Assembly: GCA_020057115.1 (NCBI GenBank)
Contig: JAGVGJ010000029.1
Span: 1 to 51,223 of the forward strand
Direction of reading: 5' to 3'
From: Candidatus Omnitrophota bacterium
GTDB taxonomy: Bacteria; Omnitrophota; Gorgyraeia; 2-01-FULL-45-10
DNA length: 51,223 nucleotides
Positions 9,864 through 19,511 of this stretch are shown here, one piece after another (position 1 is the first letter of the stretch; the number at the start of each line of letters is the position of its first letter). The position numbers and the translations under genes are program-made. Below the pieces are notes generated by a model, which was not told where the DNA came from, ran no database searches, and saw only the letters and a program-made list of their open reading frames with translations.

Positions 9864-10310
9864 CTACCTCCTCCAGTCGTACGGGATCTCATTGTCAAAT
9901 GCGTCGAGCCTGTATTCATCGGGATTCTTCGGGTCATAGGTTTCCGTGGGGGTATTTATGACCACCGCCTCAACGTCGCTTACGCATTTAAAACCATGGT
10001 ACACTTCTTTCGGTATCACGATAAGCATCGGGTCCTCAAGACTTACCACAAAATCATTGACCTCTTTATAGGTCGGAGAATCAGGTCTTGCGTCATAGAG
10101 AGCGAGTTTCATTTTTCCGCTTATACACGTAAAGTGGTCATCCTGTTTCTTGTGATAATGCCATGCCTTCACGACGCCCGGCTTTGCCGTAGTCATGTAG
10201 ACCTGCCCGAACTTCTTGAAGAAAGGATCGTCGGAGCGCATGATCTCCATGAGCCGGCCGCGATCATCGGGAATTATCTTAAGTTTTTTTACATGAACCC
10301 CCTGGATCAT
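9864..10310 (-). CDS. rfbC: dTDP-4-dehydrorhamnose 3,5-epimerase-like cupin (short RmlC family)
   Basis: DDRGRLMEI, KAWHYHKKQDDHF and VYHGF cupin motifs. It completes an rmlABCD set, and its ATG overlaps the ugd stop. Confidence 0.65.
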   Translation of the reverse strand: MIQGVHVKKLKIIPDDRGRLMEIMRSDDPFFKKFGQVYMTTAKPGVVKAWHYHKKQDDHFTCISGKMKLALYDARPDSPTYKEVNDFVVSLEDPMLIVIPKEVYHGFKCVSDVEAVVINTPTETYDPKNPDEYRLDAFDNEIPYDWRR

Positions 10311-11605
10311 TATCTTCTCCCTATGCCGGTATATTTGAAACCGAGTTTCTTCATCTCCGCTGGGTCATAGATGTTCCTGCCATCTATGATATTCGGCTGC
10401 CTCATCAGCTTCTTTATCTTTGAGAAATCGAGTTCTTTGAACTCATTCCATTCTGTGGCTATCACAAGGCAGTCGCTGTCCTTGGCAACCTCGTATGGGT
10501 TCTTGCAGAATTTTACGCTCTTCTTAAAAACCTCTTTAGTCCGCTCCATCGCCGCAGGGTCATAGGCCTTTACATTGACGCCTTCTTTTTTGAGCAGCTC
10601 TATGATATCCAGGGGCGGCGAATATCTTATGTCGTCGGTATTAGGCTTAAAGGCAAGGCCCAGGATGCCGACCGTCTTGCCGGGGAGGTTCCAGAGCATC
10701 TCCTCGATCTTCTTCAGGACCATCTTCTTCTGATCCAGGTTCACGCTCTCGACCTCTTTCAATATGCCGAAATCATATCCGGCCTTCTCCGCTATCCTTA
10801 TGAATGCCGAGAGATCCTTGGGGAAACAAAAACCTCCGAATCCTATCCCCGCATTCAGGAATTTGTCCCCTATGCGCTTATCGAGCCCTATTCCTCTGGC
10901 AACCTCGTTCACGTCAGTGCCCAGCTTATCGCAAATATTGGCTATAGAATTTATGAAAGATATCTTCATCGCCAGGAATGAATTCGACGCGTGTTTTATG
11001 AGCTCGGCCGCCTTTATGTCGGTAACGACTATGGGCGCCTTGAGCGGCCTGTACAGCTCGGTCAGTATCTCGCGGGCCTTTTTGGACTTCACGCCTATCA
11101 CCACCCTGTCGGGGTTCATGAAGTCATCTATGGCGGAGCCTTCTTTCAGGAATTCGGGATTTGACGCTACGTCGAAAGGTATATTGCGCTTATTGAAGAC
11201 TTTTATTGTATTCTCCACCCATTCGCCGGTATTGACAGGGACGGTAGATTTCTCGACTACCAGACGGTAGGAAGGCATGGAAACTGCTATCTCTTTTGCT
11301 ACGGTCTCGACGAAGCTTAGATCCGCCTCGCCGTTATCTTTGGGAGGGGTGCCTACGCAGATGAATATGACTTCCGACTTCTTTACGCTCTGGCGAAGGT
11401 CCATGCTGAAGGATAGCTTCCGCGCCTTGACGTTACGCCTTATTATCTCCTCAAGGCCCGGCTCGTATATCGGCACGATACCCTTATGGAGTTTCTTTAT
11501 CTTGGACTCGTCATTATCCACGCATATGACGCGGTTGCCGAGATCGGCGAAACATGCGCCTGAGACCAGCCCCACGTAGCCGGAACCGACTATGCATATA
11601 TTCAT
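10310..11605 (-). CDS. ugd: UDP-glucose 6-dehydrogenase
   Basis: ICIVGSGYVGLVSG and GFGGFCFPKD catalytic Cys motif. Start moved to 11605 (MNICIVG). GGAG lies 6 nt upstream, and the track start at 11626 would fall at or just downstream of the predicted -10 box. Confidence 0.9.
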   Translation of the reverse strand: MNICIVGSGYVGLVSGACFADLGNRVICVDNDESKIKKLHKGIVPIYEPGLEEIIRRNVKARKLSFSMDLRQSVKKSEVIFICVGTPPKDNGEADLSFVETVAKEIAVSMPSYRLVVEKSTVPVNTGEWVENTIKVFNKRNIPFDVASNPEFLKEGSAIDDFMNPDRVVIGVKSKKAREILTELYRPLKAPIVVTDIKAAELIKHASNSFLAMKISFINSIANICDKLGTDVNEVARGIGLDKRIGDKFLNAGIGFGGFCFPKDLSAFIRIAEKAGYDFGILKEVESVNLDQKKMVLKKIEEMLWNLPGKTVGILGLAFKPNTDDIRYSPPLDIIELLKKEGVNVKAYDPAAMERTKEVFKKSVKFCKNPYEVAKDSDCLVIATEWNEFKELDFSKIKKLMRQPNIIDGRNIYDPAEMKKLGFKYTGIGRR

Positions 11606-11629
11606 ATAATCTCCATATAAATTCATGAG

Positions 11630-11659
11630 ATTATATCATGTAATTATTATGCATTACAA
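11630..11659 (-). promoter_or_regulatory. Sigma70-like promoter for ugd (TTGTAA-18 nt-TATAAT)
   Basis: The minus strand reads TTGTAA tgcataataattacatga TATAAT, about 25 nt upstream of the 11605 start. Confidence 0.45.
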
Positions 11660-11678
11660 GAGAAAAAGGGGCGGCTTG

Positions 11679-13913
11679 CTAGCTGCCTTCCGTGCCGAAT
11701 CTCGGGCGGGAATAGGTGCGTCTCAACCCTATAGGATAATCCGGGAATGCCTTGAGGCGCATTATGAACCATAAGGTCTGGTCATTATTATTGCGGACGC
11801 CGTAGGTGAACTCGGCCATCCAGCAGTGGAGGTCCCTGTAAATAGTGGTCTCCCACTCCTCAAAAGACATGTTGTCGAGATTGAACTGGCTGTATACCCT
11901 GGCCCTCCAAACATCATTGAACTTGTACATGATAGCCGAGGTTATAAGGTTCACAAAAGTGCCTGTCGTGTTCTCATACTTGTATCCCGCGCCGAGCGAC
12001 CACTTGTCGCCGCCGTTACCAACGATATCGACGCTGGCTGTATCTACCATGTACTTCTTCGTATTCACGGTCATCTTTGATAATGTATACAGCCACGGAT
12101 ACGGCACCATCTCGAGCTGGAAATTAACGCCGTTAAACTTGTTGCTCTTCAATTCCAGCTCGCCCTTGTTAAGCCTGAACTGATAGTCGGTGCTGATTAT
12201 CAATGTAGCGAGATCTACCGACTTCAACTCGCCGCCCTGCATCCTTTTGGTCTGCAGCTTATTCTCGATCGCAAGCGATATCCCGTTCTGGGCGCTTAAG
12301 GCGTCTATCGCGTCAAACTGCATAAGATTGGCCGGGTCGATCGTGGGCTGGTGAATAAAATAATAATTAGCCGTGGGAGTAATGACATGCCTTAATTTAT
12401 TTATGTCCAGCCCGAGCCAGTTCGTATTGAAATTGTAGGTCTTGTAGAATTTTGTGGAATTGTTCAGCCCTGCATTTAAAGACCCTCTTACGAGGTTCGT
12501 GTCGCCCCACGCGTTCCTGGAATAATATGTCTGCTCTGTTCCGACATAAGGCGTCGCGTTCCAGAACTTGAACAGCCTTGCCGCGTAAGATACCTGGTTA
12601 TAACTGTCAAATCTTATGACATTCAAGTCCTTCTGCGACGGGACGGCGCTTGCGAACGTCTCGTTCAGATACACGCCGCTAGCGTGGCCAGTGTAGTAGA
12701 GCGGCAGTTTCTTATTTATCCGGAAATTCTTTATGTCTATCTTATATTCCGGAAGCCTTTCAACGACAGTATAGAACTTGTCGAACCGCTTCCTGATGAG
12801 GAACTCGGTGGTATAGTCCGGTTTTGTAGTTACCAGCGATATGTAGTTATAATCCTGCGGGTCCTGTATCTCCTCGAACTCCTTGTAGAAGTAGTCCTTT
12901 ATGACATCCGGGTCGCTCAACTTGTTGAATTCAAGGACAAGGCTCGAATCCGTCTCTTTGGGCATGTCCCAGCGCTGTCTCACCTGGACACGATATCGGT
13001 TCCTCACCGGAAGATCCGGATCACGGTCCGCTGTAAGCCAGTCATTCTCATCCGCCAGATAAAACTTGGTCGCGATATTCCCTACCTTCTTGGTGTTCCA
13101 GTACGCATTGACGCCGCCGGCCGGCCCCTTCTTGGTCCTGTAATCGAACAGGATGTCCCCGCGCAAGTCGTCGGTGAACTGGTATCTGTAGGCGGACAAT
13201 AGATAATACCCCCAGTCCTTGCCTTTTCCGGCTATGAGGGTCATGTTCATCTTTTTGGTGTCCCGCAGCGGCTGGATATAATACGGCAGGTAGAACACGG
13301 GAAGGTTCCCGACATAGAATACTATGTTCCTTGCCACAACTTTATCGCCGAGATATATCTTTACCTGCTTCGACTGGACGCGATAGTGAGGATGCTCGTA
13401 ATCGCAAGTGGTGACATAGCCCTTCTGGAGCTCGAATTCCTTATCCGTTACCTTCTTTATATCAGCCGCTTTCCCGTAGAATGGCTTGGCATTAAGATAA
13501 CCGTTAAGCACACTACCCTTCTGGGTGTCGAAATTATAATTTATCCTGTCACCGGTGAAATAAGCGCCGTCTTTCTGCCTGACCCTGACATTCCCTTCGG
13601 CTATCGCCTCGCGCGTGTCCAGATACACGGTCACCGTGTCGCAGGTCAGCGTCACGCCCTTATACTCTATAGAGATATTGCCGGATCCGAGGACCTTCTT
13701 CTTGTCCTGGAAGTATTCCACCTTATCGCCGTTGACGATTATGGGTTCTTTTGATTTTGGAAGGGGCGATGGGGTGTCGCCGGCGCTCGCCACCGGAGCC
13801 GATGTAGTGGCTAAAAGACTTAACAATACAAAACTGCATGTCAGCTTTTTAACTGATAGCTTTTTCCTATACGCTATACGCAACACGCAACACGCAACAC
13901 TATTTAGGAACAT
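11679..13913 (-). CDS. lptD: LPS-assembly outer-membrane protein LptD (OstA family)
   Basis: Signal peptide ..[15 protein letters not shown]. OstA-like N-domain ([33 protein letters not shown]). Large beta-barrel rich in aromatic/Gly residues. The exact start is uncertain; a TTG at MRIAYRKK is possible. Confidence 0.8.
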   Translation of the reverse strand: MFLNSVACCVLRIAYRKKLSVKKLTCSFVLLSLLATTSAPVASAGDTPSPLPKSKEPIIVNGDKVEYFQDKKKVLGSGNISIEYKGVTLTCDTVTVYLDTREAIAEGNVRVRQKDGAYFTGDRINYNFDTQKGSVLNGYLNAKPFYGKAADIKKVTDKEFELQKGYVTTCDYEHPHYRVQSKQVKIYLGDKVVARNIVFYVGNLPVFYLPYYIQPLRDTKKMNMTLIAGKGKDWGYYLLSAYRYQFTDDLRGDILFDYRTKKGPAGGVNAYWNTKKVGNIATKFYLADENDWLTADRDPDLPVRNRYRVQVRQRWDMPKETDSSLVLEFNKLSDPDVIKDYFYKEFEEIQDPQDYNYISLVTTKPDYTTEFLIRKRFDKFYTVVERLPEYKIDIKNFRINKKLPLYYTGHASGVYLNETFASAVPSQKDLNVIRFDSYNQVSYAARLFKFWNATPYVGTEQTYYSRNAWGDTNLVRGSLNAGLNNSTKFYKTYNFNTNWLGLDINKLRHVITPTANYYFIHQPTIDPANLMQFDAIDALSAQNGISLAIENKLQTKRMQGGELKSVDLATLIISTDYQFRLNKGELELKSNKFNGVNFQLEMVPYPWLYTLSKMTVNTKKYMVDTASVDIVGNGGDKWSLGAGYKYENTTGTFVNLITSAIMYKFNDVWRARVYSQFNLDNMSFEEWETTIYRDLHCWMAEFTYGVRNNNDQTLWFIMRLKAFPDYPIGLRRTYSRPRFGTEGS
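13873..13900. repeat. Heptamer array GCTATAC + (GCAACAC)x3, the reverse complement of the GTGTTGC array
   Basis: Counted directly. It spans the tal stop codon and lptD codons 5-14. Confidence 0.9.
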
Positions 13914-14544
13914 TCTGCCAATCTTTCAGGAATCTTTCAACGCCTATATCCGTAAGCGGATGCTTGACGAGGGCCATGATCACGTTATAAGGAACGGTCG
14001 CTATGTCGGCTCCTATCTTCGCAGCCTCAAGGACATGCACGGGGTTGCGGACGCTGGCCACTATTATCTCGGTCTTGAATTTATAATTATTATATATGAT
14101 CTTGATGTCCCTGATGAGATCCATCCCGACCTGGCTTATATCGTCGAGCCTTCCTATGAAGGGGCTGACATATGTGGCGCCTGCCTTTGCCGCGAGGAGC
14201 GCCTGCGTCGGAGAGAAGCAGAGCGTCACGTTAGTCTTGATGCCTTCCCTGGAAAGCACCTTCGTGGCCTTCAGCCCTTCGGCCGTAAGCGGTATCTTTA
14301 TCACTATGTTCTTGTGGATCTTAGCTAAGGGCCTGGCCTCTTTTACCATATCGTCCGCCTTGAGGCTTACGACCTCTGCAGATATGGGCCCGTCGACGAT
14401 CGCGCATATCTCTTTTACCACTTCGATGAAATCCCTGCCCTCTTTTGCGATCAAGGTCGGGTTAGTGGTAACGCCGTCGATGACGCCGAGCGAATTCGCT
14501 TCGCGTATCTCGTTAATATTTGCTGTATCTATGAAAAGTTTCAT
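13900..14544 (-). CDS. tal: Fructose-6-phosphate aldolase / short-form transaldolase
   Basis: [13 protein letters not shown].., GVTTNPTL and KIPLTAEGL (Schiff-base Lys region). 214 aa. The 34-aa N-terminal extension of the track ORF is read-through of the repeat element. Confidence 0.85.
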   Translation of the reverse strand: MKLFIDTANINEIREANSLGVIDGVTTNPTLIAKEGRDFIEVVKEICAIVDGPISAEVVSLKADDMVKEARPLAKIHKNIVIKIPLTAEGLKATKVLSREGIKTNVTLCFSPTQALLAAKAGATYVSPFIGRLDDISQVGMDLIRDIKIIYNNYKFKTEIIVASVRNPVHVLEAAKIGADIATVPYNVIMALVKHPLTDIGVERFLKDWQNVPK

Positions 14545-14558
14545 GCCTTCTCCATGTA

Positions 14559-14642
14559 GGGGCAAGGGGCCAGGGTCAAGTGTCCAGTAAAATCGAAATT
14601 TTATATTTTTATATTGGACCCTGGACCCCTGACCCTTGCCCC
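14559..14642. repeat. Heptad palindromic element: 28-nt arm (4x7) - 28-nt AT-rich spacer - 28-nt inverted arm
   Basis: Left arm is GGGGCAA GGGGCCA GGGTCAA GTGTCCA. Spacer starts GTAAAA. Right arm is TGGACCC TGGACCC CTGACCC TTGCCCC. By my count 23/28 arm positions are complementary. Confidence 0.9.
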
Positions 14643-14668
14643 CCACTTTATTGCCCTAAATTATACTA

Positions 14669-16063
14669 CTATTTCTTATATTCACAAACAATATTTTTTC
14701 CCGATTTCTTGGCCATGTAGAGCGCGGCATCGGCCGTCTCTATCATGCCCCTGGAATCGGAGGTGTCTTCAGGATATACGGACATGCCTATGCTGACGGT
14801 TATCTTAAGCTTCTCGTCATAAGCCTTGAAGATGTTGTCCTCCACTCTCTTACGTATTCTTTCGGCGACAAGGCGCGCGCCCTCTCTCGTGGTCTCGGGC
14901 AATACCAGCGCGAACTCCTCCCCGCCGTAACGCGAGGCGAGGTCTATCTCGCGTATAGAGTCCTTCATAATGCGCCCGGTCTCTTTTAAGACCACGTCCC
15001 CTACGAGGTGGCCGTAAGTGTCATTGCATTTCTTGAAGTCATCGATATCTATCATCAAAAATACGAACTTGAATTTATATCTCTTCGACCTGTAGAGCTC
15101 TTCGTTGAATCGCTCCATGAAGTACCGCCTTACGAAAAGCCCTGTAAGGCCGTCCGTTAGCGCAAGCTCCTCAACGGTCTCGTACAAGAGGACCTTCTTT
15201 ATCTCCAGGGCGAACTGCGCCGACAATATGACCAGTTTTCCCAGATCCGTCTTCGGCATGTTCTCGACCGTAAGTATGGCGACCATCTTATTTTCGCTCA
15301 AGAGCGGTATCGCGGCGAACTCATTTATCTCGTCTTCGAGCGCGAGATCCGTGAACGCCGCCGGGTCGGCGTCCCTGGTAAGGTGAGTGACCTTCCTGTC
15401 ATCCGACAGCATCTTTATGAGCGCTTCGTGGTCGGTCTTATTGCGCCTCTCGCCCGCCGGAGGCTCCAGCCATATCGAATACGCCCTGTCGAGACGCGCG
15501 GCAGGGTGGTCCCATTTAAGTATCACCAGCTCGCACCTCCTGAAAGTGAAATTATCCTTTAAGAATACTCCGAGCACGTTGAATATGTCCTCGAACTTCA
15601 GGCTCTCGGACATCTGCTTGGTTATCTCGTAAAGACTTATTATCTTAAGCTCTTTATCCCGAACATCATTCTCGAAACTTACCAGCCTTTCGAATTCCCT
15701 GACCTTATCCCGCTTCGCGGTCTCGGCCTTGGCGATCGTTTCCTCCCAATCCTTATTGAGCCTCTCCGCGAAACTCTTATAAGCGAAAGTGGCGAATAGA
15801 AGCGAACCGAAAGTGACTATCGGCATGGCCGCATTAAGGCCGTCGATCTCGTAGACCGCGGTAAAGACAGGATAGAGAATGCATGTGAATGCGGCCGCGA
15901 AAAATAATAGGAATCTTTTCGTGCAGAGATACGCGGCCGCGGCTATCGGGAACAGGAATATGTTCACGTAGCCGAACGCTAGCCCCCCTTTCGAATAGAC
16001 CGCGTGAAAGACGAGCATGATGAGAACGGCTGAGGCAGTATACATCGCTTCTATTTTGCGCAA
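14669..16063 (-). CDS. Membrane-anchored diguanylate cyclase (TM - GAF-like - GGDEF)
   Basis: The N-terminus has multiple TM helices. RYGGEEF active site with an REID (RxxD) I-site 5 residues upstream. Confidence 0.85.
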   Translation of the reverse strand: MRKIEAMYTASAVLIMLVFHAVYSKGGLAFGYVNIFLFPIAAAAYLCTKRFLLFFAAAFTCILYPVFTAVYEIDGLNAAMPIVTFGSLLFATFAYKSFAERLNKDWEETIAKAETAKRDKVREFERLVSFENDVRDKELKIISLYEITKQMSESLKFEDIFNVLGVFLKDNFTFRRCELVILKWDHPAARLDRAYSIWLEPPAGERRNKTDHEALIKMLSDDRKVTHLTRDADPAAFTDLALEDEINEFAAIPLLSENKMVAILTVENMPKTDLGKLVILSAQFALEIKKVLLYETVEELALTDGLTGLFVRRYFMERFNEELYRSKRYKFKFVFLMIDIDDFKKCNDTYGHLVGDVVLKETGRIMKDSIREIDLASRYGGEEFALVLPETTREGARLVAERIRKRVEDNIFKAYDEKLKITVSIGMSVYPEDTSDSRGMIETADAALYMAKKSGKNIVCEYKK

Positions 16064-17481
16064 ACCTTGTTCCTCCCGGCCGCTTTAGCCTTATAAAGCC
16101 TGTCGTCGGCTATCTTAATCAACTCTTCCTCCAGTATCGCGTCTTCCGGGTAACTTGAAACGCCTATCGACACTGTCACGTGCGCCTTGTGCCTCCTCAA
16201 AGTAAGCGGCTCATCCTGTATGCTCTCGCGTATCGATTCGGCCTCGTCGGACGCCTTCGCTTTGTCGAGGCCTATCATGAGGATGGCCATCTCCTCGCCT
16301 CCGTAACGCGCTACGATATCGCCCTCCCTTACCTTGGAGCTTATGTTCCTGGCCATGTGGCGCAGGACGAGATCTCCCGCGGTATGGCCGTATTTATCAT
16401 TATAATCCTTAAAATGGTCGATATCGAGTATGAGAAGCGACAGCTTTCCCTTCTTCCTCGCTGCGCGCTTCAGCTCTTCCTGGAAACGCTCCATAAAATA
16501 TCTCCTCACCGCAAGCCCCGTGAGGCCGTCCTTGATGGCCAGCTCCTGGGTCCGCGAATATAGCATCGCATTCTGTATCGCGACACCGCCCAGGTCCGCC
16601 ACGATGTCCAAAAGCCTTAAGTCATCATGGGTATAGATCGCCTCATTAATGCTGTCTACTCTTAAGATGCCTATAACCTTATTCTCGCTTACTATAGGAG
16701 TCTCAATAAGTGACTTGAAGCTCTCTTTAGCCGCCTCAATATTGTCGGCCGAGAACCTGAAGTCTTTGGCTATATCCTCGATGACGAGAGACTTCCTTTG
16801 CCTCAGCACCCAGTGATCGAATATATCGCCCTTCTTCGCCATCACTTTCGACACCCCGTCCGAAGCTGACAGGACGAGCTCCTGCTTCTTCGCATCGACC
16901 AGGAAGAGGAGCACCCTGCCGGATTTCTTTATCGTAGCGGCAGTCTTCTCTATTATCAGGTTATTGATATTCTCCAGGACCAGATCCGTGCTCAACACCT
17001 CGGCCACTTCCTTCACCGAAGAATATCTCTCGAGTTTCTCCTCGAGGGACTCGACATATATCTTGTCCTTGGCCATGTTGGCAGAGAGGACGTTTATCTC
17101 TTCGGAGAGTTTCTCGGACTTGAGCAGGTAGAGCTGGACGATCTTGCTTTTCATGTTCAGATAAACATACCCGACGAAAGCTGTTGCGATAAATGAGAGT
17201 AAAAATACGGAAGAGGCGCCGTAATAACCGGACTTGAGGCTTATCCATACGGAAACGACAAGCGCAAGCGCCGTTATCGGAATGCCGCCGAACTCCCTGA
17301 ATGCGACCCATCCGAACAGGATGACCGCATTGAAGAAAGAGAGAGTGGAGAGATAGGTATTGAGCTGGAGGCCTGCTTTAGGGTCGATCTTAAGGGATAT
17401 TTGAAATAAAAGATAGGATGTCAGGACCAGTAATGCTATTGATAGGATTCCCAGAAAAGATCTTCCGCGGAAAAGCGCCAT
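16051..17481 (-). CDS. Membrane-anchored GAF-GGDEF protein with variant GGEEM motif
   Basis: TM N-terminus, coiled-coil, GAF-like region. RYGGEEM with an REGD I-site. It overlaps the downstream cyclase by 13 nt. Confidence 0.8.
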   Translation of the reverse strand: MALFRGRSFLGILSIALLVLTSYLLFQISLKIDPKAGLQLNTYLSTLSFFNAVILFGWVAFREFGGIPITALALVVSVWISLKSGYYGASSVFLLSFIATAFVGYVYLNMKSKIVQLYLLKSEKLSEEINVLSANMAKDKIYVESLEEKLERYSSVKEVAEVLSTDLVLENINNLIIEKTAATIKKSGRVLLFLVDAKKQELVLSASDGVSKVMAKKGDIFDHWVLRQRKSLVIEDIAKDFRFSADNIEAAKESFKSLIETPIVSENKVIGILRVDSINEAIYTHDDLRLLDIVADLGGVAIQNAMLYSRTQELAIKDGLTGLAVRRYFMERFQEELKRAARKKGKLSLLILDIDHFKDYNDKYGHTAGDLVLRHMARNISSKVREGDIVARYGGEEMAILMIGLDKAKASDEAESIRESIQDEPLTLRRHKAHVTVSIGVSSYPEDAILEEELIKIADDRLYKAKAAGRNKVCAK

Positions 17482-17491
17482 TTAGTTCAGC

Positions 17492-18595
17492 CTAAATGAT
17501 CGTGATGTCCGTGTCTTTGTCGAAAAAGTGCACTTTCGACATGTCTAAGACAAGGTCCATGTCCTGATTTATAGCCGGCTTGTCATGGCCGCCGACCTTC
17601 GCCACAAGCGAGTTCTTTCCTGTGTTCAGATAAATATACGCTTCCGAACCCATGGGCTCTATGACCTCACAGGTCGCTTTTATGGTATTCTCCGGCGGCG
17701 CTTCGGAAACAAATAGCTTGTCGTAGATATCTTCCGGCCTTATGCCGAATATCACCTCTTTGCCGAAATAGGGCGCCATCACCTTCGCCATCGCATCGAT
17801 GATCTTGACCTGGAAGGTCCCTTCATTGAAATAGAGCTTGCCATCTTTCTTTATTACGGGGCCTTTGACGAAGTTCATAGGCGGGCTGCCTATAAAACCT
17901 GCGACGAATTTGTTCACCGGCTTATCGAAGAGCGTGATCGGATCGGCTATCTGCTGGATAAGCCCGTCCTTCATGACCACTATTCTGCTGCCCATGGTCA
18001 TGGCCTCTATCTGGTCATGCGTGACATATATCATCGTGGTCTGGAGCCTCATGTGGAGTTTCTTTATCTCGGTCCTCATGAGGACGCGCATCTTTGCGTC
18101 GAGATTGGAGAGCGGTTCGTCAAAGAGGAATACAAGGGGCTTTCTAACTATCGCTCTGCCAACGGCGACCCTCTGCATCTGGCCGCCCGAGAGCTCTCTG
18201 GGCTTTCTGTGGAGGAGTTTTTCTATCCCGAGTATGCTGGCTGCCTCCTGGACCCTTGCCTCTATCTCGGCTTTCGGATATTTCCTTAGCCGCAGGCCGA
18301 ATGCCATATTCTCGTAGACAGTCATGTGGGGGTAGAGGGCGTAGTTCTGGAAGACCATTGCGATGTCCCTGTCTTTCGGCGGGACATTATTTACCAGCTG
18401 GTCGCCGATATATACCTGGCCTTCGGTAGCATCCTCAAGGCCGGCTATTATCCTTAAAGTGGTGGATTTCCCGCATCCGGAAGGGCCTACAAATACTACG
18501 AATTCCTTGGATTCTATTCCGAGATTGATATCTTTGATAGCGTAGATATTGCCCGGGAAGACTTTTGAAATATTTTTTAAACTTACTTGTGCCAT
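17492..18595 (-). CDS. ABC transporter ATP-binding protein, MalK/UgpC/MsmX family
   Basis: GPSGCGKST Walker A, LSGGQMQR signature, LFDEPLSNLD Walker B, and a C-terminal regulatory (TOBE-like) domain. Confidence 0.9.
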   Translation of the reverse strand: MAQVSLKNISKVFPGNIYAIKDINLGIESKEFVVFVGPSGCGKSTTLRIIAGLEDATEGQVYIGDQLVNNVPPKDRDIAMVFQNYALYPHMTVYENMAFGLRLRKYPKAEIEARVQEAASILGIEKLLHRKPRELSGGQMQRVAVGRAIVRKPLVFLFDEPLSNLDAKMRVLMRTEIKKLHMRLQTTMIYVTHDQIEAMTMGSRIVVMKDGLIQQIADPITLFDKPVNKFVAGFIGSPPMNFVKGPVIKKDGKLYFNEGTFQVKIIDAMAKVMAPYFGKEVIFGIRPEDIYDKLFVSEAPPENTIKATCEVIEPMGSEAYIYLNTGKNSLVAKVGGHDKPAINQDMDLVLDMSKVHFFDKDTDITII

Positions 18596-18649
18596 AAGCC
18601 GCCTGATTTCATCGTAATTTAATAAAAACTCGATCGAGATCCTATTGCG

Positions 18650-19492
18650 CTAAAAATAACCCAAGAGTTTGGTGAGCTCGGCCTTCATGGTCTTGCGGTG
18701 CATGATCATGTCTATGAGGCCATGCTCAAGCATGAATTCCGACCTCTGGAAACCTGGCGGAAGTTTTTGTCTTATGGTCTGTTCTATTACTCTGGGACCG
18801 GTAAATCCTATCAATGCCTTAGGCTCGGCTATTATAAGGTCGCCGAGAGAGGCGAAGCTTGCCATGATGCCGGCCATTGTCGGATTTGTAAGTACCGAAA
18901 GGAACAGGCCCCCTGCGGCATTATGCCTGGCGAGCGCTGCGGATGTCTTTGCCATCTGCATCAAAGAGAACAACCCTTCATACATTCTTGCCCCGCCGCC
19001 CGAACCTGACACTATTATGATCGGAATGCGCTCTTTCGTTGAGCGCTCTATCGCGCGCGTCAACTTCTCCCCTACTACGGAACCCATCGAGCCCATTATA
19101 AATCTGGAGTCTGTGACGCCGAGGATCACGGGTTTGCCGTTCATCAGCCCCTCGCCCGTCACGACAGCGTCCTTTAAGCCGGTCAATTCCCGGTCCTTCT
19201 TAAGCTTCTCTATATAGGTCTTCGGCCCTTCGAATCCGAGCGGATCGAGAGACTCCATGTCGGCGTCCATCTCTTTAAAGGTGCCTTCGTCCGTAAGGAG
19301 CTTCACCCTCTCCAGGGCGGTCAGCGTAAAATGGAAATTACACTTAGGGCAGACCTTGAGGTTCTCGTCCAGCTTCTTATTGTAGATAAGATCGCCGCAC
19401 TCCTCGCATTTGCTCCACAGGTCGCTGGGGATAGAGTTCTTCTTTGCGATCTTTACTATGGTATATTTGGGTTTTCTGGGGAATAATTGCAA
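18650..19492 (-). CDS. accD: Acetyl-CoA carboxylase carboxyltransferase beta subunit
   Basis: CEECGD...CPKCNFH zinc ribbon followed by the carboxyltransferase domain (GGARMYEG). Confidence 0.9.
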   Translation of the reverse strand: MQLFPRKPKYTIVKIAKKNSIPSDLWSKCEECGDLIYNKKLDENLKVCPKCNFHFTLTALERVKLLTDEGTFKEMDADMESLDPLGFEGPKTYIEKLKKDRELTGLKDAVVTGEGLMNGKPVILGVTDSRFIMGSMGSVVGEKLTRAIERSTKERIPIIIVSGSGGGARMYEGLFSLMQMAKTSAALARHNAAGGLFLSVLTNPTMAGIMASFASLGDLIIAEPKALIGFTGPRVIEQTIRQKLPPGFQRSEFMLEHGLIDMIMHRKTMKAELTKLLGYF

Positions 19493-19511
19493 TCGGTACC
19501 TCGTGTTGAAG

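Noticed and set aside
14545-14646. 34-aa N-terminal extension of the transaldolase ORF ([17 protein letters not shown]...)
   Set aside because: It is read-through of the heptad palindromic element. MKLFIDTAN at 14544 gives the normal ~215-aa short transaldolase.
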